A stretch of DNA of 63,692 nucleotides, filler included, from Acidimicrobiia bacterium (lineage in GTDB: Bacteria > Actinomycetota > Acidimicrobiia > Spongiisociales > JAENVV01), in the NCBI GenBank assembly GCA_041577335.1. It is 4 parts of 4 records of this genome, joined end to end, with 100 filler letters (N's around TTAATTAATTAA, not from the genome) between each part and the next. Parts side by side here need not be neighbours in the genome. Positions count along the whole stretch, not along the records: positions 1 to 20,842 come from JBFGJH010000062.1; 3 more parts are not named here. One strand, 5' to 3'. Position 1 is the stretch's first letter, and every line of letters begins with the position of its first letter. The notes under the pieces are model-generated. The model was given only the letters and a program-made list of their open reading frames with translations. It searched no databases and was not told the origin of the DNA. This document shows positions 11,221 to 20,767 of this stretch, piece by piece. The translations under genes were made by a program, and so were the position numbers.

Positions 11221-12099
11221 TCAGTCGACGTCGATTGCTCTCTCCCATATCGTCATGAGCTTGACCGTGCAGCCGATCCGCTCGAGCGCCGCCAGGACTT
11301 CGACCGTGGCGGGCATGTGGAAGTGCAGCTCCGCGGCTCGTTCGGAAAGGGAGTAGTCGAGCACGGCTCGAACCAGGCGGGTGACATCGTCGGGTGTGGC
11401 CATTGCCCACGCCACCTCCCTCACCCCTTCGGCTGTCCGACTCATCAGAACCCAACCGCTCGGACATTCGAAGAAGGTCCGAGATTTCGCTCCAAGAGCG
11501 AGGTCGTCGATGGTGAGCCGGCGCCACGACCATCGAAACCCGAAGAGCCCGCGTGCTGCTCGGAGCAGGTTGCTGGTTGACCACGCCAAGAAGGCGGGCT
11601 CCGCCTCGGACCGGGACGCGGCCTGGAGACGTTCAGGTCCTGGGACACGCTTGCCGCCGTTGCGCATCGGGTTCGGATCGTCGGGAGAGATCTCCCTCTT
11701 GCCAAAGGCCCACTGGGAGACCGGCCGGTAGTGGCCCTTGGCGACCTGTTTCTGAGCGGCATCGTTCCAATTCTCGATGAGCAGCCGCGCCACGCCTGCC
11801 CCCTGCTCCTTGCCCCATGCGATGAGGCCTTCGTTGAGCAGGCCGCCGACGCCCTTGCCGCGCCAGTCGGGGTGAACTCGCGCCGCGTGTAGCCAAAGTT
11901 CGGAAGGGCTCAACAGCACGCCCCGAGCCAGGCCGACCACGACGTCGTCGGCGGTGGCCACGATCATGTGACCGTTCTCTACTTCGAGCCAGCTATCGAA
12001 GCGATCGGCCACATAGTCACCCCACTCGAATGTGCCTTCGGTAAACGCGGAAATCTCCGATCGATCCGTGGCGCGTGCAGGGCGGAGCTCGAACGACAT
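11221..12099 (-). CDS. GNAT family N-acetyltransferase
   Basis: ARVHPDWRGKGVG acetyl-CoA-binding motif. Start placed at MSFELRPA, 10 nt after the argS stop. Confidence 0.82.
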   Translation of the reverse strand: MSFELRPARATDRSEISAFTEGTFEWGDYVADRFDSWLEVENGHMIVATADDVVVGLARGVLLSPSELWLHAARVHPDWRGKGVGGLLNEGLIAWGKEQGAGVARLLIENWNDAAQKQVAKGHYRPVSQWAFGKREISPDDPNPMRNGGKRVPGPERLQAASRSEAEPAFLAWSTSNLLRAARGLFGFRWSWRRLTIDDLALGAKSRTFFECPSGWVLMSRTAEGVREVAWAMATPDDVTRLVRAVLDYSLSERAAELHFHMPATVEVLAALERIGCTVKLMTIWERAIDVD

Positions 12100-12109
12100 C
12101 GATCCGGAT

Positions 12110-13876
12110 CTACATCCGGCCGGGAACATCGATCCCGATGAGGTCGAGAACCAATGTCAGCGTGGCGGCTGCCGTTGCGATCAGGGCGAGCCAGGACGCT
12201 TGTCGCTCTTGGTCCGGCTCATTGAGGACGTGGCATTCCTCGTAGAAACGGTTCAGGTCGACGGCGGTATCGAACGCATACTCGGTGAGATGGTTGGGAG
12301 CTCGCAACTCGTAGGCCCGCTGAACAACCTCTGGCAAGCGCAAGAGGCGCAGCATCAGATTACGTTCGGCATCCACGGTCGGCGGAGTCACCGCACCGGG
12401 CTCGAGACCTGCGGATGCCGCCTTGTCGAGCAAGGATCGAGCCCGCACTGCTCCGTATTGGAGGTAGGGCCCGGTTCGGCCCGAGAACTCCGTGAAGCGA
12501 CTCAGGTCGAACGAGTAGTTGGTCGTGCGGTGGTTCTGTAGGTCCCCGAACTTGAGAGCGGCGAGCCCGACTTTGGTGGCGATATCGAGGCGTTCGTCGG
12601 CGGGGTACTCCGCAGCCAGGTCATTCTCCTCGAGCCGCTCGAGTGCTCGGTCGCGTACCAGTGCGATCACGTCGGCCAGGCGCACCACACCGCCCTTTCT
12701 TGTTTGGAAAGGCTTCCCGTCAGGACCGTTCATGGTCCCGAAGCCGATGTGCTCGAGTTTCACGGACGGGGGTGCAATTCCGGCCATGCGAGCGGTTCGA
12801 AAGACTTGCTCGAAGTGCAACGCTTGGCGCCCGTCCACCACGTACCAGATCTCGTCGGCGTCGAGAGCGTCGACCCGGAGATCGACCGTGGCAACGTCCG
12901 TCGACGAGTAGAGGTAGGCGCCGGTTGTCTTGGTGAGCAGCAGGGGGGGCATCGGAGCGGCATCGCCTTCTTGCTCGACGTCCACGACGATGGCGCCTTC
13001 GCTCTCGCGGGCGAGCCCGTCGGCGAGCAGCCGATTGATGAGCTGCTCGACCCGGTTGTGTACGGTCGACTCGCCGTACCAGAGGTCGAAATCGACGCCC
13101 AAAGCAGCAAAGTCGGCCCGCTGGTTCGCCCGGGAAACATCGACGAAGTGTTCCCACAGTGCGACGTAGCCCGGCCGGCCTTGTTGAAGAGCGTAGGTCG
13201 CTTCCTGCACCCGAGCCATGAGGCCGGCGTCGTCTTTGACCTTCTGGCTGATCGACGGGTAGAGGCGTTGGAGATCGGCCAGAGTCACCGGTGACTCTTC
13301 GGGGTAGCCGTCGGACACGGACTCATCGAAATAGACGAGCCCCGGCATCTCGTCTTCCACGGCGACCAGCAGCATTCCCATCTGGGTGCCCCAGTCGCCG
13401 AAGTGAGCGTCGGTGGTGACATCGTCGCCGACGAACCGGGCCAGCCGGGCAAGCGCGTCCCCGATGATGCTCGAGCGGAGATGGCCGACGTGCATTGCCT
13501 TGGCGACGTTCGGCCCTCCGTAATCCACGATGAGGCGGGTCGATGTGCCCTTGCGGGGGACTCCCAATCGCGGGTCGTCGGCGGCGGCCTGGGCATATCG
13601 GGCAATCGCCTCGTCGGCCACGACGATGTTGATGAATCCAGGCCCTGCGATCGAAAGCTCGGCAATGATCCGGGAGCGATCGACGATTTCACTGATCTCC
13701 GCAGCGAGGTCGCGCGGGTTGGCACCGGCTGTCTTTGCGCCCGGAAGTGCCCCGTTGCACTGAAAGTGACCGAACTCGGGGCGCTGGGCGGGCACGACAT
13801 CACCGAGCGCCGGGTCGTGTCCGGCCGACTCGAACGCAGCAGAAAAACGCTGGGTGAGATCGGAGGTGAGGGACAT
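12110..13876 (-). CDS. argS: arginine--tRNA ligase
   Basis: AGPGFIN, DYGGPNVAKAMHVGHLRS (HIGH motif), GDWGTQMG, TGPYLQY, C-terminal GRM. Confidence 0.96.
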   Translation of the reverse strand: MSLTSDLTQRFSAAFESAGHDPALGDVVPAQRPEFGHFQCNGALPGAKTAGANPRDLAAEISEIVDRSRIIAELSIAGPGFINIVVADEAIARYAQAAADDPRLGVPRKGTSTRLIVDYGGPNVAKAMHVGHLRSSIIGDALARLARFVGDDVTTDAHFGDWGTQMGMLLVAVEDEMPGLVYFDESVSDGYPEESPVTLADLQRLYPSISQKVKDDAGLMARVQEATYALQQGRPGYVALWEHFVDVSRANQRADFAALGVDFDLWYGESTVHNRVEQLINRLLADGLARESEGAIVVDVEQEGDAAPMPPLLLTKTTGAYLYSSTDVATVDLRVDALDADEIWYVVDGRQALHFEQVFRTARMAGIAPPSVKLEHIGFGTMNGPDGKPFQTRKGGVVRLADVIALVRDRALERLEENDLAAEYPADERLDIATKVGLAALKFGDLQNHRTTNYSFDLSRFTEFSGRTGPYLQYGAVRARSLLDKAASAGLEPGAVTPPTVDAERNLMLRLLRLPEVVQRAYELRAPNHLTEYAFDTAVDLNRFYEECHVLNEPDQERQASWLALIATAAATLTLVLDLIGIDVPGRM

Positions 13877-13929
13877 GGATGAGAAGGGTAGTCAGGTCCC
13901 GATCCACCGAGGACAGGCCGCGTCGGCTC

Positions 13930-14115
13930 CTACCACCACCACCGGCGGCGTTCCTTGGGCGCGGGTGGTTCGACGTCGGACCCCAGCGAGCGAAGGTCAC
14001 CGAGCGCGTCATTGAGTCGGACGCCCTTCAAGAGCGACTGGACGCTCCGCGGAGGGATGGAGATGGTGGCCGCCTTGTTGTGGAGATAGGTGCGAACCTG
14101 TTGTTCGAAGGTCAT
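13930..14115 (-). CDS. small protein after the ECF sigma factor, resembles an anti-sigma N-terminal helix
   Basis: ATGA overlap with the sigma stop. Begins MTFEQQVRTYLHNKAATI and has no TM segment. Confidence 0.55.
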   Translation of the reverse strand: MTFEQQVRTYLHNKAATISIPPRSVQSLLKGVRLNDALGDLRSLGSDVEPPAPKERRRWWW

Positions 14116-14609
14116 GTGACGGCTCCGATCTCATGTTGCAGATTGGCGATGGCTCGGTGGAGTCGGCTCTTCACCGTGCCCTTGGGAACCCGTAAGGCAG
14201 TCGCGATCTCTTCGAGTGACCAGTCCATGTAGTAGCGCAAGACCACCACAGCGCGATGCTTCTCGGGGAGCTTGGCCATCGCCGCGTCCAGGCCCGGCTC
14301 GACCTCGACAAAGTGCTCGACGGCAGTTTCTAGGTAGATGCTGGGGATTTCGCGCTTGCTTCGGCGCAGTCGGGTGCGTGCCCAGTTGAGGCCGACGCGG
14401 TAGACCCATCCGGTGGGATTGTCGTAGGTCTTGACCTTGTCCCAGTTTTGGTATGCCCGGGTGAAGGCCTCGTCCGTCGCTTCGAGCCCCAGCTCACGGT
14501 TGCCGAGTGTCATCACCAGGGAACGGGCGACGTGCTCGCGTTTGTCGCGATAGAAGTCCTCGAAGGAAGCGACGCCGTCTGGGCCAGGATATGTCAGGAT
14601 TCCCTCCAT
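14112..14609 (-). CDS. ECF RNA polymerase sigma-70 factor
   Basis: Region 2 EAFTRAYQNW..GWVYRVGLN and region 4 LPEKHRAVVVLRY..EIA..GTVKSRLHRA. Start 14609 inferred from the promoter position. Confidence 0.9.
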   Translation of the reverse strand: MEGILTYPGPDGVASFEDFYRDKREHVARSLVMTLGNRELGLEATDEAFTRAYQNWDKVKTYDNPTGWVYRVGLNWARTRLRRSKREIPSIYLETAVEHFVEVEPGLDAAMAKLPEKHRAVVVLRYYMDWSLEEIATALRVPKGTVKSRLHRAIANLQHEIGAVT

Positions 14610-14617
14610 GATGGAAA

Positions 14618-14643
14618 GACGTGGCAACCGGTGCGCGGGTTCC
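14618..14643 (-). promoter_or_regulatory. ECF-type promoter GGAACC-N16-CGTC, probably autoregulatory and near-leaderless
   Basis: Minus strand reads ggaacc cgcgcaccggttgcca cgtc tttccatc ATG. Confidence 0.6.
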
Positions 14644-14657
14644 ACGGTCCCGACAGG

Positions 14658-16721
14658 CTAACCGCCGACATCGCCGGAGGTGGGCCGGCCCAGACGACCT
14701 ACGAGTACGTGGGTGCCGCTGTAGGGAAAGGCGGTTTCCTCGGCGGCAAGGATGACGATGCCGTTGCCAAAATGCAGATCAGTCATTTGGATGGGCCCGC
14801 CATCGTAGAAAGGCGGAGTCTCCACCGACCACTCGATCGTGTCAGGGGTGAACAGGAGTTGGATCGTCTCGTTGACGCTGAAGACTCTCGTCGACACCAG
14901 CTTGGAGGCCGTCTCGAAGGAGATGGTAACGATCGGTTTTTCGGTCGAAGGATCGAGGATGGTGATCGTGCGGCTGTCGAGATCGTGGATCATGAGCCGC
15001 TCATCCTGGAGGGAGATCAGGTTGGCGACCAGGTCCGGTCCTCTCGTGATGGTCAGACCGGCGCCGGCGTTGCTGGTCAGCAAGAGATCACCGGCATAGA
15101 CCTCGGTCCGATCATTGACCGACGCGTCACGGGTGAGCGTTGTGAAGGCGGCCACGAGTGCCGGGGAAGCCGTCGAGATCTCGGCCCGGCTGGGTGACGG
15201 CTCCAGAGCCTCGGCCAGATCGGGGCTGATCGTCCTCCACTCGATGAGATCAGGCGACGTCACGATCTGGATCAGGGGGAAGGCCCCGGATACCCCCGCT
15301 ACCTGGTCACCAAACGGCCGCAACGAGGTGACCAGCCGGTTGGCGCCGATCGTGGAGGCACCTTCATCGTGGTCGGCGATCACATATCGGCTGACCCCAC
15401 TGGTGGTGACCGGGACGACAACCTCGCCGCCGGGAAGTGCGGCTCCCAGTGCGGTAACGCCGACCGGCCCTTCGATCTCCGACCATGATTCGAAATCGGA
15501 CGAATGCCACACACTCTCGCGCACCCCGGGTAGCGGAGCATCTGCCGGATCGAGCCCGAGATCGGCAAGCCGGATCCGTTTGGCGATGCCAAACGTGGGG
15601 CCGCTGATCAGGAAGTCGGTACCCTGCGTCCGCGCCCCGAACTCTTCGGCAACTGCCCGATCGGCCACCTCGAGTCGTTCTATGGCCATCGCATTCCATT
15701 CGACACTGGGGTCTTGCTGGACTTTGACCACGGCCAATTCGGAGCTCGACCCGATGATTGTTGCGCTGGTGGCCTCATCCATGAGGGGAGATTCGTGTTG
15801 CGTCCAGGCGACTCCGTCTGGAGACGAGTACAGGCGGATGCTCGTAGTAGTCGCGCCGAAACTCAACGACGACCTCGCGCTCCCGGACCGGTCGGCATCA
15901 GAGACCATGGCGAGCGCTCCCGGCCCCCCTTCGGTGATCTGGGCGGTGGTCGTGGGCCCTGGGATGACGATGCCGTGGTCGGTCCAGGTGTCTCCGTTGA
16001 CCGTCGACCAGGCTCGGACTCCTTCTGGTGAATGGCTGTAGCCGATCGTCGTGGCACCGATTTGGACGAACTCGCTGGCGCTGACCCCGAGGGGTGTCGA
16101 CCATTGCAGCCGTGGCCCGGCCAGGAGACGTGCCTCTCGCGGCTCGTCGAGTGGCGCCAGTTCCTCGAGCGGTGGGAGGGTGGGGATGCTCGCCAGGGGA
16201 GCGGGGCCTCCGACGTTTGCAGCGACGACGAGGGCTGCTGTTGCTGCGGCAATCGCCACGACGATTCCGGCAATCCGGAGACCGACGCTGGTGGTGCGCG
16301 TCGAACGAGGAGGTATCGGCCCGAGCAAAGCGAGGTTGGCTGTCACGACCTCGGCGTAACGCTCCGCGTGGGCGGTCACCTGCGCGCCGGCGGCTGTTCG
16401 ATGTGAGGGCGTCCATCCGAGGTAATTCACGAGGATGGCGTCGAGACGCTCGGGAAGCGGAAGGTGCTCCATGCCCGTGGGCGGGGTGGCCTCGCCCACG
16501 GTTCGCAGTTCTTTGACACTCCGATCGATGACCCAGGCGGATGGGTCGACGTCGATTTGATCCCAGCGCCGTTCAGCGCGGAGCAGGGCGGCGTCGACTG
16601 CTGAAGCCGCCTCTGCGACCGTGCAACCGGTGAGAGCCAGGACTCGAATCAGCTCACTGCGGTGGCGGTCGACGAACTCGGCGAACGTCGTCCCCGCCAA
16701 CACTGTTATCTGCCCGTCCAC
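14658..16721 (-). CDS. membrane-anchored protein: degenerate ECF-sigma-like N-terminus, TM helix, large beta-rich extracytoplasmic region
   Basis: N-terminus FAEFVDRHRSELIRVL..AVDAALLRAERRW..PSAWV. TM IAGIVVAIAAATAALVVA. Repeats WSTVNGDTW, YSSPDGVAW, TSPDLIEW, FTPDTIEW. Confidence 0.7.
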   Translation of the reverse strand: MDGQITVLAGTTFAEFVDRHRSELIRVLALTGCTVAEAASAVDAALLRAERRWDQIDVDPSAWVIDRSVKELRTVGEATPPTGMEHLPLPERLDAILVNYLGWTPSHRTAAGAQVTAHAERYAEVVTANLALLGPIPPRSTRTTSVGLRIAGIVVAIAAATAALVVAANVGGPAPLASIPTLPPLEELAPLDEPREARLLAGPRLQWSTPLGVSASEFVQIGATTIGYSHSPEGVRAWSTVNGDTWTDHGIVIPGPTTTAQITEGGPGALAMVSDADRSGSARSSLSFGATTTSIRLYSSPDGVAWTQHESPLMDEATSATIIGSSSELAVVKVQQDPSVEWNAMAIERLEVADRAVAEEFGARTQGTDFLISGPTFGIAKRIRLADLGLDPADAPLPGVRESVWHSSDFESWSEIEGPVGVTALGAALPGGEVVVPVTTSGVSRYVIADHDEGASTIGANRLVTSLRPFGDQVAGVSGAFPLIQIVTSPDLIEWRTISPDLAEALEPSPSRAEISTASPALVAAFTTLTRDASVNDRTEVYAGDLLLTSNAGAGLTITRGPDLVANLISLQDERLMIHDLDSRTITILDPSTEKPIVTISFETASKLVSTRVFSVNETIQLLFTPDTIEWSVETPPFYDGGPIQMTDLHFGNGIVILAAEETAFPYSGTHVLVGRLGRPTSGDVGG

Positions 16722-16810
16722 AGGTCAACGGTAGTGGTGCCGGTGACCAAGCGTTCGAGCCCACCTCGCCGCCCCGCTTAGACACATGGCTGGCGCGGTG
16801 CGACCGGTTG

Positions 16811-18868
16811 CTAGTACGACACGAGCTCCGTCACCTTGGTGACGATGCCCTCGGTGGAGGGCAAGACCATGTTCTCCAGCGCTTCGGCATACGGGAACGC
16901 CGGGACCTCGGGCGCGGCATAGCGTCGCACGGGAGCATCGAGGTGGTGGAACGCCTTGTCTGCCGCCTGTGCGGCGATTTCGGCGCCAAAACCCATGAAT
17001 TCGTTGTCTTCATGGACGATGAGCAGACGGTTGGTCTTGGCAATCGAGGCCTCGATGGTGGGCCAATCGAGTGGTCGCAGCGATCGCAGGTCGATCAAAT
17101 CGACGGTGACTCCGTTGGCAGCCAGATGGTCGGCTGCTGCCTCGGCGAAGTGTGCCATGGCCCCATAGGCGACGACCGTGGCATCGTCTCCCACCCGGCG
17201 CAAGGCCGCTTTTCCGATGGGTACGACGTGGTCGCCAGGTGGAAACGGTCCGGTGCGCAGTCGATAGAGCTTCTTGGGTTCGAGGAACAGTACGGGATCG
17301 GGATCCTCCACAGAAGCCCAGAGCAGTCCCTTGGCATCTGCTGGTGTTGAGGGGACCACGACTTTGAGCCCCGGGATGTGGGTGTAGAACGCCTCGATAG
17401 ACTGAGAGTGATAGAGGGCGCCATGGATGCCGCCGCCGAACGGTGTCCGGATGACCATCGGAACGGACCAGCGCCCGTTGGAGCGATAATGCACCCGGGC
17501 GACCTCCGACACGATCTGGTCGAACGCCGGATGGATGTAATCGGCGAACTGGATCTCAGGGATCGGTCGTTGGCCGGCGGCGGCCATGCCAACGGCAGCC
17601 CCCACGATGATTGCCTCGGAAAGTGGTGAGTTGAAGCTGCGGTCGTGACCGAAACGATCGGTGAGCCCCACGGTTGCCTTGAAAACGCCGCCCTTGGGAT
17701 CAGCGACGTCCTCCCCGAAAACGAGCGTGTCCTCGTGCTCCTCCATGACCTCATGAAGGCTCATGTTGATGGCAGTGATCAAGTTGACCGATTCGCCCTC
17801 AGGCTCGACCTCGAGATCCGTGACGGCTGTCGTCGGCTCGATGTCCCGCGCATAGACGTGCGAGTAGGGGTCCGTTGCGTCGGGTGCTTCCTCGGCCTGG
17901 CGAACCGCACCGGCGATTTGCTCCAGGATCTCGGCTTCCATCGACTCTTCCAGGGCGTCAGGTAGGAGCCGCTGCTCGATGAGGTATTGCTTGACGATCT
18001 CGACCGGGTCCTTCCGTCGCCAGGTCTCTACCTCTTCACGCGACCGGTACAGCCGATCGTCGTCGTCGGACGTGTGGGCGTAGTACCGATACGTTTTGGC
18101 TTCGATGAGGGTCGGGCCGCCGCCCGACCGGGCTCGGTCTGCTGCCTCGCGGGTGGCCCGGTACACCGTCAAGGGGTCGTTGCCGTCGATCTCGACGCTG
18201 GCCATTCCGTAGCCGGCCGCCCGGGCAGCGATGGAACCTCCGACCTCCTCGGTTGACGGAACCGAGATGGCGTATTGGTTGTTCTCGATGATGATGATCA
18301 GCGGGAGCTCTTGCACCGCGGCAAAGTTCATCGTTTCGTGCCAGTCACCCTCAGATGTCGAACCTTCCCCGCCGTATACGGCCACCACAGCATCGGAGCC
18401 GCTTGATTTGAGGGTGTGGGCGATACCGCCTGCGTGAGGGTATTGGGTGGCAATGGCCGACGAATGGGTGAACATGTTGCGATCGGGATCGGACCAGTGA
18501 TTGGGCAACTGCCGTCCCCCGGAGGTCGGGTCATCCGCCTTGGAGAAGACCGCCAGGAAGATGTCGAGTGGAGATATGTCCCATGCCAACGCCACGCCCA
18601 TGTCTCGGTAGTACGGCAGAACCCAGTCTTTGTCCTTCTGAAGAGCCATGGCCGATGCGATCTGAACAGCCTCGTGGCCAGAGGCCGACACCACAAAAGG
18701 GGCGCGGCCCTGCCTGTTGAGCGCCCACATACGGTCGTCGATTCGCCGGGCGAGCAGCATGAGGCGATACATGTCGAGCATCTGCTGGTCGGTGAGGTCG
18801 AGGTCGCGGTGGTCCTCGGCCATGTCGGGAAATCGGAATTCGGTGTTGGGCTCGATCACACTCGTCAT
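16811..18868 (-). CDS. fused E1 alpha/beta 2-oxoacid dehydrogenase, probably branched-chain
   Basis: GHEA, PYYRD, TPP motif GEGSTSEGDWHETMN..ENNQYAIS, AHTSDDD, then beta motifs FGEDV, EIQFADY, HSQS, DLRSLRPLD. Confidence 0.88.
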   Translation of the reverse strand: MTSVIEPNTEFRFPDMAEDHRDLDLTDQQMLDMYRLMLLARRIDDRMWALNRQGRAPFVVSASGHEAVQIASAMALQKDKDWVLPYYRDMGVALAWDISPLDIFLAVFSKADDPTSGGRQLPNHWSDPDRNMFTHSSAIATQYPHAGGIAHTLKSSGSDAVVAVYGGEGSTSEGDWHETMNFAAVQELPLIIIIENNQYAISVPSTEEVGGSIAARAAGYGMASVEIDGNDPLTVYRATREAADRARSGGGPTLIEAKTYRYYAHTSDDDDRLYRSREEVETWRRKDPVEIVKQYLIEQRLLPDALEESMEAEILEQIAGAVRQAEEAPDATDPYSHVYARDIEPTTAVTDLEVEPEGESVNLITAINMSLHEVMEEHEDTLVFGEDVADPKGGVFKATVGLTDRFGHDRSFNSPLSEAIIVGAAVGMAAAGQRPIPEIQFADYIHPAFDQIVSEVARVHYRSNGRWSVPMVIRTPFGGGIHGALYHSQSIEAFYTHIPGLKVVVPSTPADAKGLLWASVEDPDPVLFLEPKKLYRLRTGPFPPGDHVVPIGKAALRRVGDDATVVAYGAMAHFAEAAADHLAANGVTVDLIDLRSLRPLDWPTIEASIAKTNRLLIVHEDNEFMGFGAEIAAQAADKAFHHLDAPVRRYAAPEVPAFPYAEALENMVLPSTEGIVTKVTELVSY

Positions 18869-19053
18869 CGCCCCAACCTTCGGTGCGTCACGCGGGTATG
18901 GGTGGCCCGTGCGGCGCAATCCGAGGAAATGCTGCCCATGGTGGGGCTCCTTTCCTGGCGGCTATTGGTTTCTTGTGGTTGAGGTTACTCGGAGATTCTC
19001 CGTGAGCCAGAGCGGGGCTGTCGCGATGTGGCGGCGATGCCTACGATTGCAGT

Positions 19054-19818
19054 GTGATCAAGACCGGATACTTGCGTGTGTACATCCCAGAGTCCGAGGC
19101 CACCTATTCGGTGATGCAACTGCCGGCTGCTGTGGGTCAACCGGCGCGTCCGAAAGTTGGTCGGTTCGGCTTGGTCAGCGAGTCTCTTCGCAATGATGCC
19201 CTGGTCGTCGAGCACGGGGGGGAGACGTTCATCTGCCCGCGCCGGCCGCACCTGCGCATGCTGGAAGGTGTGCTGGCCTTCCGAAACGCGTTTCTCGATG
19301 CCGGCGGCGGCCTCGTGGTCCCCGAGACGACGGCGATGCTGGCCGCCGAGGAGCTCACCCGGCTCAAGGACCGCGAGCCAGAGCAGAGGTCACACATCCT
19401 GACCTCAGCTTGGTTCATACCTTTGCGTTGGTTCGCTGCCTTCGAGCCGTCTGAACGTTCTTATGATGCCGACCCGCCGTCGGTGGTATTCCGCACGCCT
19501 GTCTTTCGAGCGATTCAACGACTGCAAGTGGCTCTGCGCATTCTCCAGTCGGTCGACATGGATGACTCTGTGATCGACGAGCTCGATGAGCTGATCGAGT
19601 GGCTCGGCGGGTTCTCCGACCATGGCTTGCTGGAACTCGATTACGGCTCATTGGTGGATATGTTCGAACCGTGGGAGCTCGCCGACGAAGATTCCGTGGA
19701 GCACGTCCACCGCTCTCTCGACGCCCTGCGCATCGGAGACTGGGAAGAAGCAGGCCGTTCCTACCAGCTAGCCGTTGAGCCCTGGGCCCACTGGATGTTC
19801 TTGACCAGCGCGAACTAG
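19054..19818 (+). CDS. conserved actinobacterial hypothetical protein
   Basis: YLRVYIP, HILTSAWFIPLRWF and LELDYG pattern, recalled from a family found near pur genes in actinomycetes. Confidence 0.72.
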   Translation: MIKTGYLRVYIPESEATYSVMQLPAAVGQPARPKVGRFGLVSESLRNDALVVEHGGETFICPRRPHLRMLEGVLAFRNAFLDAGGGLVVPETTAMLAAEELTRLKDREPEQRSHILTSAWFIPLRWFAAFEPSERSYDADPPSVVFRTPVFRAIQRLQVALRILQSVDMDDSVIDELDELIEWLGGFSDHGLLELDYGSLVDMFEPWELADEDSVEHVHRSLDALRIGDWEEAGRSYQLAVEPWAHWMFLTSAN

Positions 19819-19823
19819 TCATT

Positions 19824-19847
19824 TCGACCCGATCAGGATCGGGTCGA
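19824..19847 (+). terminator. stem-loop after the stop codon
   Basis: TCGACCCGATC-AG-GATCGGGTCGA perfect inverted repeat followed by GTTT. Confidence 0.55.
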
Positions 19848-20100
19848 GTTTCTGGACGAGCGGCCCTTCGGCCGCACGCATCCTGGGTGTCGCACCGACG
19901 CGGTCGCTGCGACAAGGGGGCGGCGGGTCTTCAATAGTCCCCCCAGCTTGGCTGGGGGGAAGGTACCGCTGACAGCTCGTAGAGCAGGCAGGGGTAGGGG
20001 GGTAGTTACGCCACCTTGGGTCACGCCACCCTCTCAAACTGATATGAAACCTGGAGGGGGGTTGGGGAGTCTATGTATCGGACGAAAGTGAAGGAATTGT

Positions 20101-20352
20101 ATGTTCTCGTTGATTTCATTCCTGGTGGTTGGCTTGATCGCTGGCGCTCTGGCTCGCTTCCTGGTGCCTGGCGAAGACAAAATGGGCATCGGTGGGACCC
20201 TTCTCTTGGGCGTGGTTGGTGCCTTCGTTGGTGGCCTGCTGGCAGTGATCTTCACGAGTGCCACCCTCGGCAGCTTTGGGCCATCAGGGCTCTTCGGCTC
20301 GGTGATCGGTGGCGTCGTCGCGTTGCTCGTCTACCGCCAGATCAAGAAGTAG
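20101..20352 (+). CDS. GlsB/YeaQ/YmgE family (transglycosylase-associated) membrane protein
   Basis: GLIAGALARFLVPG..MG..TLLLGVVGAFVGG..SVIGG pattern, with an AAGGA RBS. Confidence 0.88.
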   Translation: MFSLISFLVVGLIAGALARFLVPGEDKMGIGGTLLLGVVGAFVGGLLAVIFTSATLGSFGPSGLFGSVIGGVVALLVYRQIKK

Positions 20353-20485
20353 CCATCGGGAGAGGTATCCGGCGGAACCCGGCCATCTCGGCAGGCCTAT
20401 ACTCCTCGGCGCGTCAACGAGCGTTCAGAACGCCTTGACGGAGCACCGTGTTGGATGGGTAATCTCCCATGGTGCAGCCAAGCCT

Positions 20486-20560
20486 GGGGGCGTGGTGAAG
20501 TCTGGAGTTCACGCCGGCCTGTCAAGCCGGAGGTCGCGGGTTCAAATCCCGTCGCTCCCG
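20486..20560 (+). tRNA. tRNA-Asp(GTC)
   Basis: Acceptor GGGGGCG/CGCTCCC, anticodon arm CCGGC-CTGTCAA-GCCGG, T-loop GTTCAAATC. Confidence 0.96.
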
Positions 20561-20593
20561 CAAATAGCGGTCCTCTGGGACCGCTATTTGGTA

Positions 20594-20666
20594 GGCCAGG
20601 TAGCTCAGTTGGCAGAGCGGCGGTCTGAAAAACCGTAGGTCGGCAGTTCGATTCTGCCCCTGGCCA
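20594..20666 (+). tRNA. tRNA-Phe(GAA)
   Basis: Acceptor GGCCAGG/CCTGGCC, anticodon arm GCGGT-CTGAAAA-ACCGT, T-loop GTTCGATTC. Confidence 0.96.
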
Positions 20667-20667
20667 C

Positions 20668-20708
20668 ATCAGCTCGAAACCCGGCCGAAGGTCGGGTTTC
20701 TTGCTGAT
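20668..20708 (+). terminator. stem-loop downstream of tRNA-Phe
   Basis: ATCAGC..GAAACCCGGCC-GAA-GGTCGGGTTTC..GCTGAT. Confidence 0.6.
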
Positions 20709-20767
20709 CAGGTGTGCTGGTCGACCTGCCGACGGAGTCGGCGCCTCTCGAGCTGTGCTCGAGAGGA

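Noticed and set aside
19860..20070. 6C RNA, Ms1 RNA or a riboswitch
   Set aside because: C-runs exist on the minus strand, but I could not fit them to the loops of a known model by eye. Reported only as an unexplained structured region.
20561..20590. 13-bp perfect hairpin between tRNA-Asp and tRNA-Phe as a separate RNA or element
   Set aside because: Spacer hairpins are common in tRNA operons and no other copy was noticed.
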